A stretch of DNA of 64,000 bases from an uncultured Gemmatimonadales bacterium (GTDB lineage Bacteria; Gemmatimonadota; Gemmatimonadetes; Longimicrobiales; RSA9), in NCBI GenBank assembly GCA_963798845.1, contig CAWCUS010000006.1, positions 672,001 through 736,000 on the forward strand. Direction: 5' to 3'. A program made the translations under genes and the position numbers. Every line of letters begins with the position of its first letter. The stretch's first letter is position 1. Shown here piece after piece: positions 20,681 through 30,029 of the stretch. Under the pieces are notes generated by a model. It saw only the letters and a program-made list of their open reading frames with translations. It searched no databases and was not told where the DNA came from.

Positions 20681-21886
20681 ATGAGGCGAGGACAGGCGGT
20701 GCGGCGCGGGGGCGGAGTCCGTCTGCTCGTACGGCTCCTGCTCATGGCGGTGGTTCTGGTGCCGGTGTGCGCATGGGAGGTGGAGGGGCAGGCGGCGGAA
20801 GAGGCGCGGTCGGGGCGGCCGCGGGCGCGGGAGGCGGGGATCGTGGTCGGGATTCTGCCGCCGGGGCCGCTGAACGCGATCACGGACGTTGCGGGTGTGC
20901 GAGTGGGGCAGACGACCGTGGTGGAGGGGGACAGTGTTCGAACGGGTGTGACGGCCGTGCTGCCGCAGCCGGGCGACCTTTTCCACGAAAAGGTGCCGGC
21001 GGCGATCGTGGTGGGGAACGGATTCGGCAAGCTGGTGGGTGCGACGCAGGTCCGGGAGCTCGGCGAGATCGAGACCCCGATCCTGCTGACGTGCACGCTG
21101 TGCGTGTGGCGGGCGGCCGATGCGATGGTGACGTGGCTGCTGGGGCGGCCGGGGATGGCGGATGTTCGATCGATCAACCCGGTGGTCGGTGAGACGAACG
21201 ACGGGTACCTGAACGACATTCGTGCGCGGCCGATCCGTGCGGAGCACGTGGTGGCGGCGCTGGAAGGTGCGCGCGGGGGCGCCGTGGAGGAGGGGAGCGT
21301 TGGGGCGGGAACCGGCACGGTGGCGTTCGGTTGGAAGGGCGGGATCGGCACGTCGTCCCGGGCACTGCCCGAAAGCCTGGGCGGGTGGACCGTGGGCGTG
21401 CTGGTCCAGACCAACTTCGGCGGGGTGCTCACGGTGGCAGGGCGACCGGTGGGAAGGGCTCTGGGGCGATATCCGTTCAAGGAAGCGCTGGAGGCCGGAA
21501 CTCCGGAGCGGGATGGCGGGGATGGGAGCATCATGATCGTGCTGGCGACGGACGCACCGCTGTCGTCGCGGAGCCTGGAGCGTCTGGCGAGACGGGCACT
21601 GGCGGGCCTGGCGCGGACGGGGTCGACGATGAGCAACGGCTCCGGTGACTACGTGATCGCCTTCTCGACGGCGGAAGCGGTGCGCCGCCGGGAAGCGGAC
21701 GCGCCGCGGCCGGTTGCGGACCTGCCGAACGACCTGATGTCGCCGCTGTTCCAGGCGGCGGCGGAGGCCACGGAGGAGGCGATCTACAACTCCCTGTTCA
21801 AGGCCACGGCGGTGACGGGATACCGGGGGCGGGTGGAAGCGCTGCCGCTGGAAGCGGTCATGCAGTCGGGTGTGGGGGCCGGGTAG
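20681..21886 (+). CDS. P1/S58 family aminopeptidase (DmpA-like), secreted
   Basis: NAITDVAGVRVG, NGFGK, ETNDGYLND, KGGIGTSSR, G|SI autocleavage site, NGSGDY. Confidence 0.93.
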   Translation: MRRGQAVRRGGGVRLLVRLLLMAVVLVPVCAWEVEGQAAEEARSGRPRAREAGIVVGILPPGPLNAITDVAGVRVGQTTVVEGDSVRTGVTAVLPQPGDLFHEKVPAAIVVGNGFGKLVGATQVRELGEIETPILLTCTLCVWRAADAMVTWLLGRPGMADVRSINPVVGETNDGYLNDIRARPIRAEHVVAALEGARGGAVEEGSVGAGTGTVAFGWKGGIGTSSRALPESLGGWTVGVLVQTNFGGVLTVAGRPVGRALGRYPFKEALEAGTPERDGGDGSIMIVLATDAPLSSRSLERLARRALAGLARTGSTMSNGSGDYVIAFSTAEAVRRREADAPRPVADLPNDLMSPLFQAAAEATEEAIYNSLFKATAVTGYRGRVEALPLEAVMQSGVGAG

Positions 21887-23099
21887 CGGGGGCTCCCAGG
21901 TCGAGCAGGCCCCGGATTTCCTCGAGGTGCGCTTCGGCGTCGGCGTCGCCGAGCTCGATCAGGCGTCGGATGTATTCGGGCTCGAACATCATGAGGGAGA
22001 GGATGTCGGGGCTGCCGGTGCGCCTGGTTCCGAGGCCGCGGGTGAGAAAGCGAAAGCTGCCGGGCAGGTGTCGCTCGTATTCGCGGGCGAGCGCGGACAG
22101 GTCGATGGAGGGGCGGAGGTTGACGCTCTGGACGATGCGCATGCCGTCGCGCTGGTCGGGCGGGAGGCGCCGGAGCAGCCGGTTCATGGTCTGGAGGCGG
22201 AGGACGTCCTGATCCATGGTGTCGAGGAACACGGACTGGGTCAGCGTGCCGAGGATCTGCGCCGGCGGCGGATAGCCGGTGACCTCCGGCCTGTCGCCCT
22301 CCTCCTGTGATGTCTCGGCGCGCGTGGAGATGCTCAGGATGCGGCGCGCGCCGAGGTGGAGGGCGGGCGAGAGGGGCGCCGTGAGCCGGACGCCGCCGTC
22401 GCCGTACCACTGGTCGCCGATCCGGACGGCCGGGAAGAAGCCGGGGAGGGCGGCGGAAGCCATGATGTGGTCGATGCGCAGCTTCGCCTGAACGCTCTTG
22501 CGGTGTGGGCGCTCCCACATGTCGAAGTTGCGGCCCTGCACGAAGACGACGTTCTGCCCCGTCGTGTAATTGATTGCGCCCACGGCCACGGCCTTGAGCG
22601 TGCCGCGGTGGAGGTTGTAGTCGATGCCGGTGATCTCCCCTTCGATGGCCGCCATGCACTCGCCCAGGTACTCGGCGAGGGGGGCGGTGTCGAGCAGCCC
22701 CCGAACTTCGGGGGCGGGAAGCACGCCGCCAGAGAGGAGGCGTGCCACCCACCGGAACACGCCCCACCCCAGGTGCGGGGAATCGGTGCGGAAGACCTTC
22801 GCGGTGGTCAGCTCCTGCCACAGAGCCGTCAGCTCGTCCACGGCCTGGGGGAAGGTCCCGTGGTGCGCCGCCAGGTGGACGGCGTTGACCGCGCCGGCCG
22901 AAACGCCCGTGATGATCGGGACCTGGAGATCGGGGAAATGGCGGGCCAGGCAGCGGAGCGTCCCGACCTGGTAGGCGCCGCGGGCGCCCCCACCGGTGAG
23001 AACGAGCGCGAGCTCGCTGGGGGAAGAAGGCGAGGTGTCGAGCGGACCGAAGCGGTCCAGATCACGGCGAGTCAGCCGGGGGAAGCGGAATCGTGGCAT
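21858..23099 (-). CDS. Patatin-like phospholipase
   Basis: TGGGARGAYQ, GVSAG, YGDGG. Confidence 0.93.
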   Translation of the reverse strand: MPRFRFPRLTRRDLDRFGPLDTSPSSPSELALVLTGGGARGAYQVGTLRCLARHFPDLQVPIITGVSAGAVNAVHLAAHHGTFPQAVDELTALWQELTTAKVFRTDSPHLGWGVFRWVARLLSGGVLPAPEVRGLLDTAPLAEYLGECMAAIEGEITGIDYNLHRGTLKAVAVGAINYTTGQNVVFVQGRNFDMWERPHRKSVQAKLRIDHIMASAALPGFFPAVRIGDQWYGDGGVRLTAPLSPALHLGARRILSISTRAETSQEEGDRPEVTGYPPPAQILGTLTQSVFLDTMDQDVLRLQTMNRLLRRLPPDQRDGMRIVQSVNLRPSIDLSALAREYERHLPGSFRFLTRGLGTRRTGSPDILSLMMFEPEYIRRLIELGDADAEAHLEEIRGLLDLGAPATRPPHPTA

Positions 23100-23106
23100 C
23101 GTGAGC

Positions 23107-24210
23107 TCAGCGCGGGGGCTGGCCCGGAGGCCGACCGGCGCGCGACGTCGCTTCAGTCGGAGTCGTGTCGGCCAGATAGAGGGTCTGGGTGGGATAGGCG
23201 AACTCGATGCCGAGGGCTTCGAAGCGGCGGAAGAGATCGAGGTTGATGGCCTGCTGGGTGTCCATGTACGCGTTGTAGTCCGGCACGAGCATGTAGTATA
23301 CGGCCTCGAAGTCGAGCAATGAGGCGCCGAAGCGTGCGAAGTGGACGCGGTCCAGGCGCGTGTTCTCCCGGTGCTCCACGGCGTCGCGGACGAGCGTGGG
23401 GATCTGCTCCAGCTGGTCGGCGGGCGTCTGGTAGACCACACCGAAGGAGAACACGATCCGGCGCTCCTGCATCCGTTTGTAGTTGCGGATGCGGCTGGAG
23501 AGGAGGTCGTTGTTGCTGAAGACGAGCTGCTCGCCGGAGAGGCTGCGGATGCGGGTCGTCTTGAGTCCGATGTGCTCGACCGTGCCCATCATGTCGCCGA
23601 CGATGATGAAGTCGCCGAGCACGAATGGCTTGTCGAGAACGATGCTGAGCGAGGCGAACAGGTCGCCCAGGATGTTCTGGACGGCGAGTGCGACAGCGAT
23701 GCCGCCGACACCGAGCCCTGCGATGAGGGCGGTGATGTCTATGCCGGCGGTGTCGAGCGCCACGAGGCCGATGAGGACCCAGAGGGCGAGGCGGAGGAGG
23801 AAGCCGACGAATCGGACCGTGGTGGCGGCGGCGGCGTCCTCCTCGAGGCGACGTGTGGTGTAGCGGGTGAGGCCGGCGCCAATGGCGGTGTTCCCCCACA
23901 GGGCGAGCTGGAGGAGCGTGGCCAGGGAAGCGATGCCGCGGACCACCAGGCCGACCTGCGCGGGGAGGATGAGCACCTGCACGGCCGCGAGGAGGGCGAG
24001 GGCGGCGAGGAAGAAGCCGTGGGTGCTGGCCAGGACGGCGGCGGCGATGTCGTCGAACTCGGTGGCGGTGCGCGTGGAGAAGCCGCGCACCATGCGGACC
24101 AGGAGACGTCGCGCGAAAAGGAGCAGGGCGAGGATCGCGCCACCCAGGACGACCGCGAGGGTCCAGGTGTAGACGCTGTTGCCGTAAAGGGTGTAGGCGA
24201 GGATTCGCAT
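23107..24210 (-). CDS. Small-conductance mechanosensitive channel (MscS family)
   Basis: LIAGLGVGGIAVALAVQN, DKPFVLGD, GTVEHIGLKTT, IEFAYPT. Confidence 0.93.
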   Translation of the reverse strand: MRILAYTLYGNSVYTWTLAVVLGGAILALLLFARRLLVRMVRGFSTRTATEFDDIAAAVLASTHGFFLAALALLAAVQVLILPAQVGLVVRGIASLATLLQLALWGNTAIGAGLTRYTTRRLEEDAAAATTVRFVGFLLRLALWVLIGLVALDTAGIDITALIAGLGVGGIAVALAVQNILGDLFASLSIVLDKPFVLGDFIIVGDMMGTVEHIGLKTTRIRSLSGEQLVFSNNDLLSSRIRNYKRMQERRIVFSFGVVYQTPADQLEQIPTLVRDAVEHRENTRLDRVHFARFGASLLDFEAVYYMLVPDYNAYMDTQQAINLDLFRRFEALGIEFAYPTQTLYLADTTPTEATSRAGRPPGQPPR

Positions 24211-24292
24211 GGAGGGGAAGAGACGGGGCGGGGCGCCGCGTCGCAAGGATGGATCGCGGCGCTCGGCTGAACTCGCTCGCTACGCCCGCTCT

Positions 24293-24307
24293 TGGCATCT
24301 TGGTTGC
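24293..24307 (+). promoter_or_regulatory. Candidate sigma54 promoter
   Basis: TGGCATCTTGGTTGC, near-consensus TGGCAC-N5-TTGC, 40 bp before ATG 24348. Confidence 0.55.
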
Positions 24308-24347
24308 GCCTTGGCGGGAGAGGTGCTCACTCGGGTCGGGGGGAAGG

Positions 24348-24884
24348 ATGATCGAGGCGCTGTTCGCGGGCCCGTGGGGCCCACTGGTGATCTTCTGCGC
24401 GCGCATCTTCGACGTGTCGCTCGCCACGACCCGGATGCTGATGTCGGTGCGGGGCCAGCGGGTGCTGGTGCCGTTCGTCGCCTTCTTCGAAGTGCTGATC
24501 TGGCTGTTCGCAGCGGGGACCGCCATGCGCTTCCTGAACAGCCCCCTGCACGTGATCGGCTACGCGGGCGGCTTCGCAGCGGGCAACGCCGTGGGGCTCT
24601 GGGTGGAGGAGAAGCTGGCGCTCGGGCTGGCCACGGTGCGGATCATCTCCGAGCACGGAGGGGTGGAGGTGGCGGATGCGCTGAGGGACCAGGGATTCGG
24701 GGTCACCGAGTTCTCGGGACAGGGTCGCCACGGGTCCGTGGAAGTGGTGTACACCGTGGCCCGTCGGGCGCAGCTGAGGCAGATCATCGGGACCGTGGAC
24801 GAGTGGGCTCCCGACTCGTTCCTGACCGTGGAGGAGCCGCGGGCGATCCATCGGGGGTGGGTGTTTCAGAAGCGGCGGAAGTAG
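24348..24884 (+). CDS. UPF0316/DUF5698-DUF2179 membrane protein
   Basis: IFCARIFDVSLAT, FFEVLIW, YAGGFAAGN, GFGVT..GQG, PDSFLTVEE. Confidence 0.85.
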   Translation: MIEALFAGPWGPLVIFCARIFDVSLATTRMLMSVRGQRVLVPFVAFFEVLIWLFAAGTAMRFLNSPLHVIGYAGGFAAGNAVGLWVEEKLALGLATVRIISEHGGVEVADALRDQGFGVTEFSGQGRHGSVEVVYTVARRAQLRQIIGTVDEWAPDSFLTVEEPRAIHRGWVFQKRRK

Positions 24885-24889
24885 GGGGT

Positions 24890-25087
24890 GGGCTCGCTTC
24901 GCTCGCAGAGGGGCTCGGGCTGGCGCCCTCGCAGAGGGGCTCGGGCTGGCGCCCTCGCAGAGGGGCTCGCTTTGCTCGCAGAGGGGCTCGCTTTGCTCGC
25001 AGAGGGGCTCGCTTTGCTCGCAGAGGGGCTCGCTTCGCTCGCAGAGGGGCTCGCTTCGCTCGCAGGGGGCTCGCTTTGCTCGCAGGG
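24890..25087. repeat. Intergenic minisatellite, 9 units (7 of ~21 bp, 2 of 26 bp)
   Basis: GGGCTCGCTT(C/T)GCTCGCAGAG and the variant GGGCTCGGGCTGGCGCCCTCGCAGAG in tandem between convergent genes. Confidence 0.95.
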
Positions 25088-25091
25088 GGGG

Positions 25092-26264
25092 CTAGTCGCC
25101 GTCTACGGGGGTGCCGTAGGAGATCTCCAGCATGCGTTCTATGGCTCTGCGGGCCTGGCTGCGGGTGGGCTCGGGGACGTCCACCTCGTAGCGGTCGTGG
25201 AGGAGCGCGTCGCGGACATTCTCGAGGGTGATCTCGTTCATGTGGGGGCAGCGCACGGAGCAGAGGCGGACCATCTCCTTGTCCGGATTCTCGGCGACAA
25301 TGTTGTCCGCCATGCTGCACTCGGTGAGGAGGAGGAAGCGCGGGGCGTGGGCCTCCCTGACTGCACGGATCATGGCGCTGGTGCTGCCGCTGAAGTCGCT
25401 GGCCTCCACCACCTCGGGGCTGCACTCGGGGTGGGCGAGGACCATGACATCGGGGAACTGGCTGCGGATGTTGGCGATGTCGGCGGTGGTGAACTGCTCG
25501 TGGACCTCGCAGCGGCCGCGCCAGCCGATGATGTCGTAGGCGAGCTCGCCCGAGGGTCTGGACGAGCTCCCGTTCCCGGAGAGCCCGGCCGGGTGAGCCT
25601 CGTTGTTCCCGTTCGCCGCCTGGCCCGCGGCGAGGCTCTTGATGACGGGGAAGATGATGGTCTTGCCGGTCTCGCGAGCCACGTTCCTGGCCAGATACTC
25701 GTCGGGGAGAAAGATGACGCGATCGCTGTCGAAGCTCTCGACGATCTTCACGGCGTTGCTGGAGGTGCAGCAGACGTCGGTCTCGGCTTTCACGTCCGCG
25801 TAGGTGTTCACGTACGTGACCACAGGGACGCCGGGGTGCTTGCGCTTGAGGCGGCGGACGTCCTCGGCGGTGATGGACTCGGCGAGGGAGCAGCCGCCCC
25901 TGGGCGTGGGGAGGAGCACCTTCTTGCGGGGGCTCAGGATCTTGGCGGTCTCGGCCATGAAGCGGACGCCGCAGAAGACGATGGGGTCGCCGGGGGCTTC
26001 GGCGGCGAGGCGGCTGAGCTCCAGGGAGTCGCCCTTGAAATCGCACACGGAGTGGAAGAGGGCGGCCTCCATGTAGTTGTGGCCGAGGACCACGGCGCCG
26101 CGCTCGGCCTTGAGGCGGTTGATCTCCGCTGCCAGCTCCGCCTTGTGGCGCAGCTCGAAGTCGGGGATCAGGTCGCTCAACCGCTCGTGCAGAGCACGGT
26201 ACATCTCGTCGGCGGACGTGGTCCGGGCCGTGTCGATCTTCCCGCTCATTCCTTCTCCCATCAT
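25092..26264 (-). CDS. nadA: Quinolinate synthase
   Basis: GHNYM, GDSLELS, FCGVRFMAETAK, GCSLAE, YVNT, CEVH, HPEC, CPHM; start may be 26249. Confidence 0.96.
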   Translation of the reverse strand: MMGEGMSGKIDTARTTSADEMYRALHERLSDLIPDFELRHKAELAAEINRLKAERGAVVLGHNYMEAALFHSVCDFKGDSLELSRLAAEAPGDPIVFCGVRFMAETAKILSPRKKVLLPTPRGGCSLAESITAEDVRRLKRKHPGVPVVTYVNTYADVKAETDVCCTSSNAVKIVESFDSDRVIFLPDEYLARNVARETGKTIIFPVIKSLAAGQAANGNNEAHPAGLSGNGSSSRPSGELAYDIIGWRGRCEVHEQFTTADIANIRSQFPDVMVLAHPECSPEVVEASDFSGSTSAMIRAVREAHAPRFLLLTECSMADNIVAENPDKEMVRLCSVRCPHMNEITLENVRDALLHDRYEVDVPEPTRSQARRAIERMLEISYGTPVDGD

Positions 26265-27136
26265 TGCCACCCCGCGAATTCCAGCGCCACGTCCAGGGCG
26301 GGGGCCGAGTGCGTGAGGGCGCCCACTGAGATCAGGTCGACCCCGCTCTCCGCCGCGGCGCGAACGGAAGCGAGAGTAATGCCACCGGACGCCTCGGTCA
26401 GGGTCCGGCCGCCCACCTGTTCGACCGCAAGGGCGAGCTGCTCGGGGGTCATGTTGTCGAGCAGGATGGCGTCGGCGCCCGCGTCGAGGGCCTCGGCGAC
26501 CTGGTCCACCCGGTCCACCTCGATGGTCATGGCGACGCCGTGGCCGAGATGGCGTCTCGCCTCGCGCACCGCGTCCGCCAGCGACTTGCCGGCCGCGGCC
26601 AGCGCCGCGCGGTGATTATCCTTGAGCATGAAGCCGTCCGCCAGTCCGAACCGGTGGTTGCTCCCGCCGCCGCATCGGACTGCGTATTTCTCGAGCGCCC
26701 GGAGTCCGGGTGTGGTCTTGCGGGTGTCCACGATGCGGGCGCCGGTCCCGTCCACGGCCTCGACGTAGCGGCGGGTGAGGGAAGCAATGCCGCTCAGACG
26801 GCCGACGAAGTTGAGCGCCACCCGCTCGGCGGAGAGGATCGGTCCCGCGCGGCCCTCGGCGACGAGGAGCGTCGCGTCGGCGGCCACCGCGTCGCCGTCG
26901 GCGGCGTAGAAGCGCACGTGGATGTCGGGGTCGAGGGCGTGAAACACGGCGCCGGCGAGGGTCAGGCCGCACGCCACGCCCGCCTGTCGGGCGAGAAGCC
27001 GAGCGCTGACACGGGCGTCGAAAGGCACCAGGAGGTCGGTGGTGACGTCGCCGCCTCCCAGGTCCTCCTCCAGCGCCCGCTCGGCGTATCGCCGGAGCAA
27101 CGACGCCGGCGGCACCGGCCGTCCTCTTGCTGCCAT
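26261..27136 (-). CDS. nadC: Quinolinate phosphoribosyltransferase
   Basis: ALEEDLGGGDVTT, AERVALN, DTRKTTPG, NHRFGL, LKDNH, LLDNM, ASGGI, SVGALTHS. Confidence 0.96.
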   Translation of the reverse strand: MAARGRPVPPASLLRRYAERALEEDLGGGDVTTDLLVPFDARVSARLLARQAGVACGLTLAGAVFHALDPDIHVRFYAADGDAVAADATLLVAEGRAGPILSAERVALNFVGRLSGIASLTRRYVEAVDGTGARIVDTRKTTPGLRALEKYAVRCGGGSNHRFGLADGFMLKDNHRAALAAAGKSLADAVREARRHLGHGVAMTIEVDRVDQVAEALDAGADAILLDNMTPEQLALAVEQVGGRTLTEASGGITLASVRAAAESGVDLISVGALTHSAPALDVALEFAGWQ

Positions 27137-27281
27137 CACGTCGGTCCTCTGCTTCGCTCGGCTGATCCCCGTGCAGGGGCGGAATGAAACCCGGAAGTAG
27201 GGCGCGTGTTCCGGTCGTGGAAGCGGTCTTCCGCGGCGCGTGGGCGGCTGACCGGTGCACGGATCTGCGGCGGCCCGGTCG

Positions 27282-28874
27282 TCAGCCGAGGTCGGCCTGG
27301 TGCACCGCGAGCACGTCGTCCAGGCGACGGAGGGCATCCACGACCCCGCCCGGCAGCTTCTCGTCCACCGCTACCGCGGCGAGCGCCTCCCCGCCGGCTT
27401 CGAGGCGGGCCTGGTGGTATTCGGCGATGTTGACCCCGGCGTTGCCGAGCACGGTGCCCACGCGGCCGATGACGCCGGGAACGTCGCGGTTGCGGAGGAT
27501 CACGAGCACGCCGCGGGGGCGGACATCCACCGGGAAGGCGTCGATGCGGACGATGCGGAGGTCCTCTCCGCGAAGGGCGCCGGCCACGCGGGTCTCCGTG
27601 CCGCCGCCGACGACGCGGAGCTCGAGGTGCTCCGAGAAGTCGGGGATCGGCTGAAGGAAGACGCGGCTCATCCGGATGCCGCGCGTGTCCGCCAGGTGGA
27701 GGGCGTTGACCAGGTTCACCCCGCCCCGGCCGACGATCTCGGTGAGGACGCCGACCAGCGCGGCAGCCGCGATCGGGCGGAGCACGTCCTCGCCGTGATG
27801 GCCGGCATAGCGAATCTCGACCGACTCCACCCGTCCGCCGAGGGCACAACCGAGGCGGCCGAGGCGGGTGGCGAGGTCGAGCAGCGGCGCGATACGCCGC
27901 ATGAGCTCACCACCGACCGCCGGGGCATTGATGGAGCTCGAGTAATCCTCGTCCAGGAGCGCATCACGGACGGCGGCCGCCACCTCGATGGCGACGTTGT
28001 GCTGCGCCTCCTCCGTGGCCGCGCCGATATGGGGCGTCAAAACGACGTTCTCGAGGGCGAGGAAGGGGTTGTCCCCCGCGAGAGGTTCGTCCCGGTACAC
28101 GTCGAAGGCCGCGCCGGCCAGGCGGCCGTCACGGAGGCGTTCGACGACGGCGGCTTCGTCCACGAGTCCGCCGCGTGCCGCGTTGATGAGCACGGCGGAG
28201 GGCTTGAGGAGGTCGAGCCGGCGGGCGTCGATCAGGTTCCGGGTGCCGTCGGTAAGCGGAACGTGAAGGGAAACGATGTCGGCGCAGGCCAGCACGGCGT
28301 CGAGGGAGTCGGTCTCGATACCGAGCTGGCGCGCCCGCTCTTCCTGCAGGAACGGATCACTGGCGAGGATGCGCATTCCGAACGCCCGGGCGCGGACGGC
28401 GACCTCGGTGCCGATCCGACCCGCTCCCACCAGCGCCAGGATCTTCCCCTTCAGCTCGGAGCCGCGCAGGCGCTCCCGACTCCACTCGCCCGAGCGCAAG
28501 GACCGGTCGGCGGCGGTGACCTTCCGGACCACGGCGAGCATGAGAGCCATGGTCAGCTCGGCCGCGGATACGGTGTTGCCGGACGGCGCGTTGAAGACCG
28601 CGATGCCCCGCTCGGTGGCGGCGGGCAGGTCGATATTGTCGACGCCGACGCCCGCGCGTCCGATGACGCGGAGGCGGCTGGTCGTGGACAGGCTGTCGCG
28701 GGTGATGGTGGTGGAGGAGCGAACGATGACGGCGTCGGCATCGTCGAGCGCCGCGCGGAGGTCGTCGCCTGACAGGCCGTAGTCTGGAACGAGCTGGAAG
28801 TGGTCGTCGGCGAGCGGCGCCAGGCCGGACTCGGGGATCCGGTCGGCGAGGAGGACCCGGAAGCGGTCAGCCAT
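27282..28874 (-). CDS. serA: D-3-phosphoglycerate dehydrogenase (long form with ASB and ACT domains)
   Basis: GRAGVGVDNID, GAGRIG, INAARGG, TPHIGAAT, NRDVPGVIG ACT domain. Confidence 0.95.
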   Translation of the reverse strand: MADRFRVLLADRIPESGLAPLADDHFQLVPDYGLSGDDLRAALDDADAVIVRSSTTITRDSLSTTSRLRVIGRAGVGVDNIDLPAATERGIAVFNAPSGNTVSAAELTMALMLAVVRKVTAADRSLRSGEWSRERLRGSELKGKILALVGAGRIGTEVAVRARAFGMRILASDPFLQEERARQLGIETDSLDAVLACADIVSLHVPLTDGTRNLIDARRLDLLKPSAVLINAARGGLVDEAAVVERLRDGRLAGAAFDVYRDEPLAGDNPFLALENVVLTPHIGAATEEAQHNVAIEVAAAVRDALLDEDYSSSINAPAVGGELMRRIAPLLDLATRLGRLGCALGGRVESVEIRYAGHHGEDVLRPIAAAALVGVLTEIVGRGGVNLVNALHLADTRGIRMSRVFLQPIPDFSEHLELRVVGGGTETRVAGALRGEDLRIVRIDAFPVDVRPRGVLVILRNRDVPGVIGRVGTVLGNAGVNIAEYHQARLEAGGEALAAVAVDEKLPGGVVDALRRLDDVLAVHQADLG

Positions 28875-29982
28875 GGGCCGCGAGCACCTCCTCGAACAGT
28901 TCGGAGAGGACGTCGAGGAGCGAGTCGAGCTCCCCGATCGCATGGTCCCCCATATGGCCGATGCGGATCATGTCGTTCTTCGCGGGTCCGTAGCCGGTGG
29001 CGATGACGTAGCCGCGGGCGCGCATGGCGGAGCAGATGTCCGGTGCGTTCACGCCGGGCGGCATGGTCACGCACGTGACGGTGGGCGAGCGGTAGCCCTC
29101 GGGGGCAAGGATTCCCACCTCCACGCCCCGTCCCCGGAGCTCCTCGACCCACGTATACGTGCGCTCGGCCATGGCGCGATGCCGTGCCCACCGGTTCTCG
29201 ATCCCTTCCTCACGGATCGCCTCGACCTGCACGGCGGCCGCATACATGAGCGAGACCGCGGGCGTGTTCGGCGTCTGGCTCTTCTCGAGGTTCCGCTCGA
29301 ACTCCAGCACGTCGAAATACAGGCCGCGCGTCGGGCTCTGCGCCGCCCGTTCGAGAACGGCGGGCTGTGCGACGCCGAAGCCCAGGCCAGGGGGGAGGGC
29401 GAAAGCCTTCTGGGAGCCGGTGACCACGAAGTCGATCTCCCACTCGTCGGTCTCCACCGGCGCGCCCGCCATGGAGCTCACGGTGTCCACGCAGGCCATG
29501 GCGCCGTGGCGGTGGGCGGCGGCCGTGAGCTCACGGATGGGGTTGAGGACGCCCGTTGACGTCTCGGAGTGGCAGATCGTGACCGTGTCGAAGTCGCCGG
29601 CGGCTAGGGCGTCGTCCAGCATCTCCGGCGTGTGATTTCGGCCGAAGTCGACCTCGAGGCGGGTGGTCTCGAACCCGGACTGCTCGGCGATCGTGGCGAA
29701 GCGGCCGCTGAACGCGCCGTTGACCAGGCTGAGCACGCGACGCCGGGCGGTGTTGCGGACTGCCATCTCCATCATGCCGGTCCCGGAGCAGGGCGCGACA
29801 TAGACCGGACGCCGGGTACGGAACACATCCTTCAGGCCCGGCTGCAGGCGCTCCATGAGCGCTTCCATCTCGGGAGTGCGGTGGCCCATCATGGGTCCGA
29901 GCATGGCCTCGAGGACCTCGCGCCGGACCTCCGTCGGACCCGGTAGGAAGAACCGGCCGAACTCGTGCACGTTCACTGACAT
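28867..29982 (-). CDS. PLP class-V aminotransferase (AGAT/serine-pyruvate type), probable phosphoserine aminotransferase by context
   Basis: LPGPT, HSETSTGV, DTVSS, GSQKAFALPPG, TPNTP, RIGHMG. Confidence 0.88.
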   Translation of the reverse strand: MSVNVHEFGRFFLPGPTEVRREVLEAMLGPMMGHRTPEMEALMERLQPGLKDVFRTRRPVYVAPCSGTGMMEMAVRNTARRRVLSLVNGAFSGRFATIAEQSGFETTRLEVDFGRNHTPEMLDDALAAGDFDTVTICHSETSTGVLNPIRELTAAAHRHGAMACVDTVSSMAGAPVETDEWEIDFVVTGSQKAFALPPGLGFGVAQPAVLERAAQSPTRGLYFDVLEFERNLEKSQTPNTPAVSLMYAAAVQVEAIREEGIENRWARHRAMAERTYTWVEELRGRGVEVGILAPEGYRSPTVTCVTMPPGVNAPDICSAMRARGYVIATGYGPAKNDMIRIGHMGDHAIGELDSLLDVLSELFEEVLAAHG

Positions 29983-30029
29983 GGCCAACCCTGCGTGGTT
30001 CTGATGTCCGTATCGGATGGGCGCCGCGC

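Noticed and set aside
24890..25087. CRISPR array
   Set aside because: The variable parts are only 5-10 bp and repeat themselves; there are no unique spacers and no cas genes.
27137..27281. NAD+ riboswitch upstream of nadC-nadA
   Set aside because: I could not match it to the known consensus by eye; an Infernal search would be needed.
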